64,000 nt of DNA, from NCBI GenBank assembly GCA_012295275.1, contig CM022672.1, positions 30,380,001 to 30,444,000 of the forward strand. Reading direction: 5' to 3'. This stretch comes from Chrysomallon squamiferum (taxonomy: Eukaryota > Animalia > Mollusca). Within the stretch, counting starts at the first letter, position 1, and every line of letters begins with the position of its first letter. Below are positions 58,403-64,000 of the stretch, one piece after another. The notes under the pieces are model-generated. The model had not been told where the DNA came from. It was given only the letters and a program-made list of their open reading frames with translations, and ran no database searches. The position numbers and the translations under genes are program-made.

Positions 58403-59646
58403 CTGAAGTATTATTACTATTTCTTGAAAGAGATTCTGAAAAAATAATATATGGAAACAGATATAATATAATATAATATAATATGACGAATAAACAGCTG
58501 ATTATCGCAGAATATGTAAAAAAAAAACCTGAATTGTGCATATTTCTATCTATTAATAAATAAGTAAATAATCAAATGTAATCTTATCAAATAATATAAT
58601 ATAATATAATTGAAATAACATAACAAAACACAGTATAATTATAATATAATACAAAAAGAAAGGTTATTTCATGGATGATAATGATTTTCATTCGTCAGAT
58701 TAATTTCTTTATTATTACTTCACAAAACACATGAACAAATTAATGATTTCACAGATATTCATAATTTTACATTATTAGACATGAAATATCACATTATCTG
58801 TGGTAATACAGTCACTTTGCTGGCTAATCTCCATGATGTTAAAATTACAAAAATGTTACGTGCAGTGATTAGAATGATAAATATATGACGAAGCAGTATG
58901 TTAAATTATATGTGTGTGTACAGCTAAAAAAATAAAAATGACAAATTTGTAGCTTATTATAGATTATAAATAAAGATTATTTATTTATTTATTTATTTGC
59001 CTCATTGTTTCGCCGCTAAAGCCTGAATAAATATGTATTAAAATTTGCTTTCATTTTTGCCCTAACATCAAGTGAGGAAGATATTCGTAGAATAGAAATT
59101 TATATTCCACGACATATCTGCCGTTCGTTAGGGTTAGCTAACTGCAGGAATGGTCTTTTTGCACTTATCTCCCTTGAATGAGATTTAAAATTAGGAAGGG
59201 ACATTACTTAATAAGACTGATAGACAGAAAAACTGAAACGGAAAGGAAATTTTGTTTGACGGGCTGTTAGTGATTTCTGATATATATTATTTTGTAACAG
59301 TGAGGAATAAAAAAACAAAAACAAAAAAAATAATTATGAATAATTAAAAAGTACCAAGAAAGAAAATAAAAGATAAACACTTTCGTCAATGCTTTGGTTT
59401 ATATAGCACATTTATCAAAGTAATGAGTTCACCTATTTAATAGCGACATAAATCTTCTGAATCAGTGATAAAGTTTCTATTTTTAGAAACTATCGTGCAG
59501 AAACGGAAGTCCTACAGAAAGAGCCGGAAATGACGTCCGGAAAACAAGTAAAAGCATAATATGTTTTATCATGACATTTGAAACGTCATTCATTAGTAGC
59601 AGCGTGGATTTTTTTACTTTTAATGTGTAAATTATTAATGCACATT

Positions 59647-59702
<56 letters not shown>

Positions 59703-59732
59703 TGTAGTAGTAATAGTAAACATGATAATAGC

Positions 59733-59775
<43 letters not shown>

Positions 59776-60447
59776 ATAATAATAATAATAATAGAAGAAG
59801 AAGAAGAAGAAAAAGAAATAATGATAAATAACAAAGAAAGTTTATGTAGTCTCTAACAGTAATTAAAGGAACACAGAAACTATAACAAAAGATATTTCTT
59901 ATCTATCAATTGAAAATAAACTATCAAGGAAACGAATTTATATATATATATATAAAAAATTAAATAACAAATATATCTAAAAATAATACAAAATAATCTT
60001 TAAAAAAAAATAATAATAATAATAAAAAAAAAGAAACCAAAAGAAAAAGAAAGAAGAAGAAAAGAAAGAAAGTAAAAATGTTCTACATTCTATGTATAAA
60101 ATTGGAGAGAAATTAAAATAAGAAAGACATCTAAAAATATTACAATATGATAACCAAAAAAAAAAAAAAAAAAAAAAGATAAAAGAAAAAAGATTAAAAA
60201 CAAAAGTGAAAAAAGAAAAGAAAAGAAAAAAGAAAGTGAAAAAGGTAAATATTTTCTTCATGCTGTGTATAAAACGGGAGAGAAAATTTGATTTAAAAGT
60301 TACGACAAATAAATTGTCCCATGCTGCCAAGTTATTGCTTTGTTACAGAGAACGATCCTTTGCTAATAACAAAGTATTAAAACATTATATTACAAATTGA
60401 AGATTTTTCATTTTTATTTTGTGATAACTTGTCATTTTGAACCATAA

Positions 60448-60529
<82 letters not shown>

Positions 60530-60692
60530 TCAAAGAAATTTTAAAGAAAATCATAGGTGTTGGAAACATACCTAACTTTTTCTGTTGAAGAATCAAAACA
60601 GAGCAAGTTATTACCAAATCAGTTAGTTGGTTTGTTAATTAAATTCATTCATTCATTATAACTATTTTTACTTTACATGTATGACTGCTGTC

Positions 60693-60727
<35 letters not shown>

Positions 60728-61103
60728 AATAATAATAATAAAGGCTTCCTCAGAAACATACTTTATTATTAACAAACGCCACTCTCCTGTAACAAATAGA
60801 ACAATAACCTGGTCATGAATACAGTGTAATTTAGTTTATATATCTACCATCACCATTAAAAAAAGCAACACTGAAGTGGGGGAGGGGTGCTTTAAATAAA
60901 CGTAAACTATGTTTTCAGTGACGGTGTCTACCTCTCTGTATAACACTGAACTCGCTGCTTTCTCTCGATTGCTGTGTATCCGAGAATGCTGCTTGAACGA
61001 ATGAACGAAGTATCAGCATTATGACACGTACAATATTTTATTATTAACAAAGGTTGGGTGTCTCTAAAGGCTTTATTTGGAATATGTATATACACACACA
61101 CAG

Positions 61104-61169
<66 letters not shown>

Positions 61170-61314
61170 ACATGCAAAGAAACTTCATGAATTATTCCTG
61201 TTTATTATAATAAGCAACCCTAAATACCAACATTCCTGCAACAAAATTTACACAGCAACGTTTTCTGAAAAACTAGTAATTAATACCAACATAGACCACA
61301 ACAAATATAACTTA

Positions 61315-62265
61315 AGTGATAGGTGTCTGTTAATGTTATACAGACCATTCATAAATTACCTAGTAGGTGCCTATTATTGTCATATAGACTGTAGATCAAT
61401 TACCTCATAGGTGACTGTTATTGTTATATATTGTCTGATAGGTGTCTGTTATTTTATACACTACATAAATTACGTGATAGGTGTCTGTTATTTTATACAC
61501 TACATAAATTACCTGATAGGTGTCTGTTATTTTATACACTACATAAATTACGTGGTAGCTGTCTGTTATTTTATACGTGCTACATAAATTACGTGATAGG
61601 TGTCTGTTATTTTATACGCGCTAAATAAATTACGTGATAGGTGTCTGTTATTTTATACGCGCTAAATAACTTACGTGGTAGCTGTCCGTTATTTTATACG
61701 CGCTAAATAAATTACGTGATAGGTGTCTGTTATTTTATACGCGCTAAATAAATTACGTGATAGGTGTCTGTTATTTTATACGCGCTAAATAAATACGCGC
61801 TAAATAAATTACGTGATAGGTGTGTGCTATTTTATACGCGCTAAATAAATTACGTTATAGCTGTCTGTTATTTTATACGCGCTAAATAAATTACGTGATA
61901 GGTGTCTGTTATTTTATACGCGCTAAATAAATTACGTGATAGGTGTCTGTTATTTTATACGCGCTAAATAAATTACGTGATAGGTGTGTGCTATTTTATA
62001 CGCGCTACATAAATTACGTGATAGGTGCCTGTTATTTTATACGCGCTACATAAATTACGTGATAGGTGTCTGTTATTTTATACGCGCTAAATAAATTACA
62101 TGATAGGTGTGTGCTATTTTATAAACGCTACATGAATTACGTGATAGGTGTCTGTTATTTTATATGCGCTAAATAAATTACGTGATAGGTGTCTGTTATT
62201 TTATACGCGCTACATAAATTACGTGATAGGTGTCTTATTTTATACGCGCTACATAAATTACGTGA
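61315..62265 (+). repeat. 41-bp minisatellite array, ~20 good units from ~61436
   Basis: The unit is ATAGGTGTCTGTTATTTTATACGCGCTAAATAAATTACGTG, with degenerate units at the left edge. Confidence 0.97.
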
Positions 62266-62419
62266 TGTGTTTTTTATTGCTACAGATTACAAATTACCTC
62301 GGTTTCAGAGGTGACAACTCTAATGAGGTTGCTTCTGATTTTTGCACCTTTGACCTGTCCAGGCCTCAAACAGTAGTCTGGTCCATTAGCATGATTGACA
62401 GCAAGACCACGCCTATAAC

Positions 62420-62462
<43 letters not shown>

Positions 62463-62600
62463 TACAATATAATATACAGTATGATGATGGTGATGATAAA
62501 AAATAATAACAAAATTAATAATAATAATAATAATGTACAATATAATATACAGTATGATGATGATAATGATGATGACGATGACGATGATGATGATGATCAA

Positions 62601-62647
<47 letters not shown>

Positions 62648-62881
62648 TATACAATAAAATACAGAGTACAACAACAACATATCCGACATAATTTGCAGAC
62701 ATTTTGTTTTTCAAATCAGATCTCAGAAAGGAGGACAATCAGGTGTGTTGAATGGAAAACAAAAGACTCAAAATCCAAATGTCTGGCTTCGTAGTAGTTA
62801 TGTTAGTAGGTTAGCAGTAGCATTGTTAGTAATTACTAGTTTTGCCAGTAATATCAAAGTAGTGGTAGTAGAGTGGTAGTG

Positions 62882-62915
<34 letters not shown>

Positions 62916-62986
62916 CATGACAGTGTTATTAGTAAAAGGTAGTACTAGCAGAATCACACAGTAGTAATTAAGTTAGAAAGTTACTA

Positions 62987-63291
62987 CAGATACCGGACCA
63001 ATTATCCGGACTCCTTGGGGCCTGAGGCATTCCGGATTTCTGGATTTTCCGGTTTTCTGGTACCAAGGCATCTAAATACGTAAATAATTAGGCATAAACA
63101 TTTTAAAATCAAAAACATAAAGAATTGACGATAAACAACTGTGGCGACTCGACACGTAAACAATGCGGCGAGTGAATAAAAGCCACGCGGCTTGAAAGAG
63201 TAGTTCCGGTCTATTGAGGACAACACCCGCGCGCTCGAACTATGAAAATAATTCCGGATATCAGGACGCCGGATAATTGGTCCGGTACCTG
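62987..63291. mobile_element. TA-flanked MITE (Tc1/mariner-pogo type), 305 bp
   Basis: TA|CAGATACCGGACCAATTATCCGGACTCC…GGACGCCGGATAATTGGTCCGGTACCTG|TA, giving ~28-bp TIRs with 3 mismatches. Confidence 0.92.
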
Positions 63292-63434
63292 TAATGGCAG
63301 AAGCATCATTTCTAACAGTAATAGTTATACATGTACTCTTATCATTTATCCAGCACGCTTAGAATCGAAAGTGAACCGGAATTTTCGATTTTCAGGTATT
63401 CTTGATTCAGGGTAAACACACACACACACACATT

Positions 63435-63497
<63 letters not shown>

Positions 63498-64000
63498 CAC
63501 ACAAACACATACACACACAAACACACACACACACATACACACACAAACACACACACATACACACACACACACACACAAAGTAAACAAAGAAAAGCAAAGA
63601 AACTAAACTGTGTTTAAAAGACGTAGATTAACACACTTCTAAAGCAACGTCTGTTTGACCTTTATTAATCCCACTTAAAACAGCGTAACGTCCGCGTCAA
63701 CAGAAACGTTTCGCCCCTTCGTTCATTCAGGCGCATCACTGTCAGAATTTCAGTTTCTGTTCTTTTTGTTTCTTGAATCACAGGCAGCAGACGTAACAGT
63801 ATCACACTCCTCACTCAAGAGGCTCACTCACGCAACATCTTCGACTCTTTTAAGTAATTCTATCTTCTTCGCTATTTTCAGCGCTAAATATTTCCTCTAT
63901 CTGCTTTTTCACTAGCAAGCTCCGTTTCTGCGAGCTTTTTAGATATGTTCACATACAAACATTGTGATAAATTTACACAAATAATCACCTAACTGGGAGA

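Noticed and set aside
61436-62265. CRISPR-like appearance of the 41-bp array (also the 66-bp and ~70-bp arrays)
   Set aside because: Units are head-to-tail with no unique spacers, there are no cas genes, and the context is eukaryotic.
63784-63853. 70-nt exon candidate
   Set aside because: The acceptor is plausible, but the donor is weak and no peptide is recognisable.

Overview
This is eukaryotic, very AT-rich, microsatellite-dense genomic DNA, probably from a gastropod mollusc. That guess rests on remnants resembling a tRNA-derived SINE family I recall from vent and vetigastropod snail genomes and is not verified. I can support no intact protein-coding gene, rRNA, tRNA or CRISPR array, and nearly all ORF-track entries are translated microsatellites. 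Solid features are a ~2 kb-arm inverted repeat (14435-16625 / 23545-25491) around a ~6.9 kb spacer, a nested tandem duplication at 2.3-5.2 kb, a decayed Sola2-like DDD transposase, a TA-flanked Tigger/pogo element and a MITE with intact TIRs, Tigger4-like and SINE remnants, and several minisatellites. Less certain, and the most interesting part, is a scattered set of isolated, decayed, splice-site-flanked exon-like segments resembling unrelated domains (macro, BIR, Ig, adhesion/secretin GPCR, chitin-binding); two lie inside the inverted repeat. The palindrome TGACGTCA is strongly enriched and often paired. One spliceable frame is interrupted only by TGA codons. All domain calls are by-eye motif matches and need HMM/BLAST confirmation.
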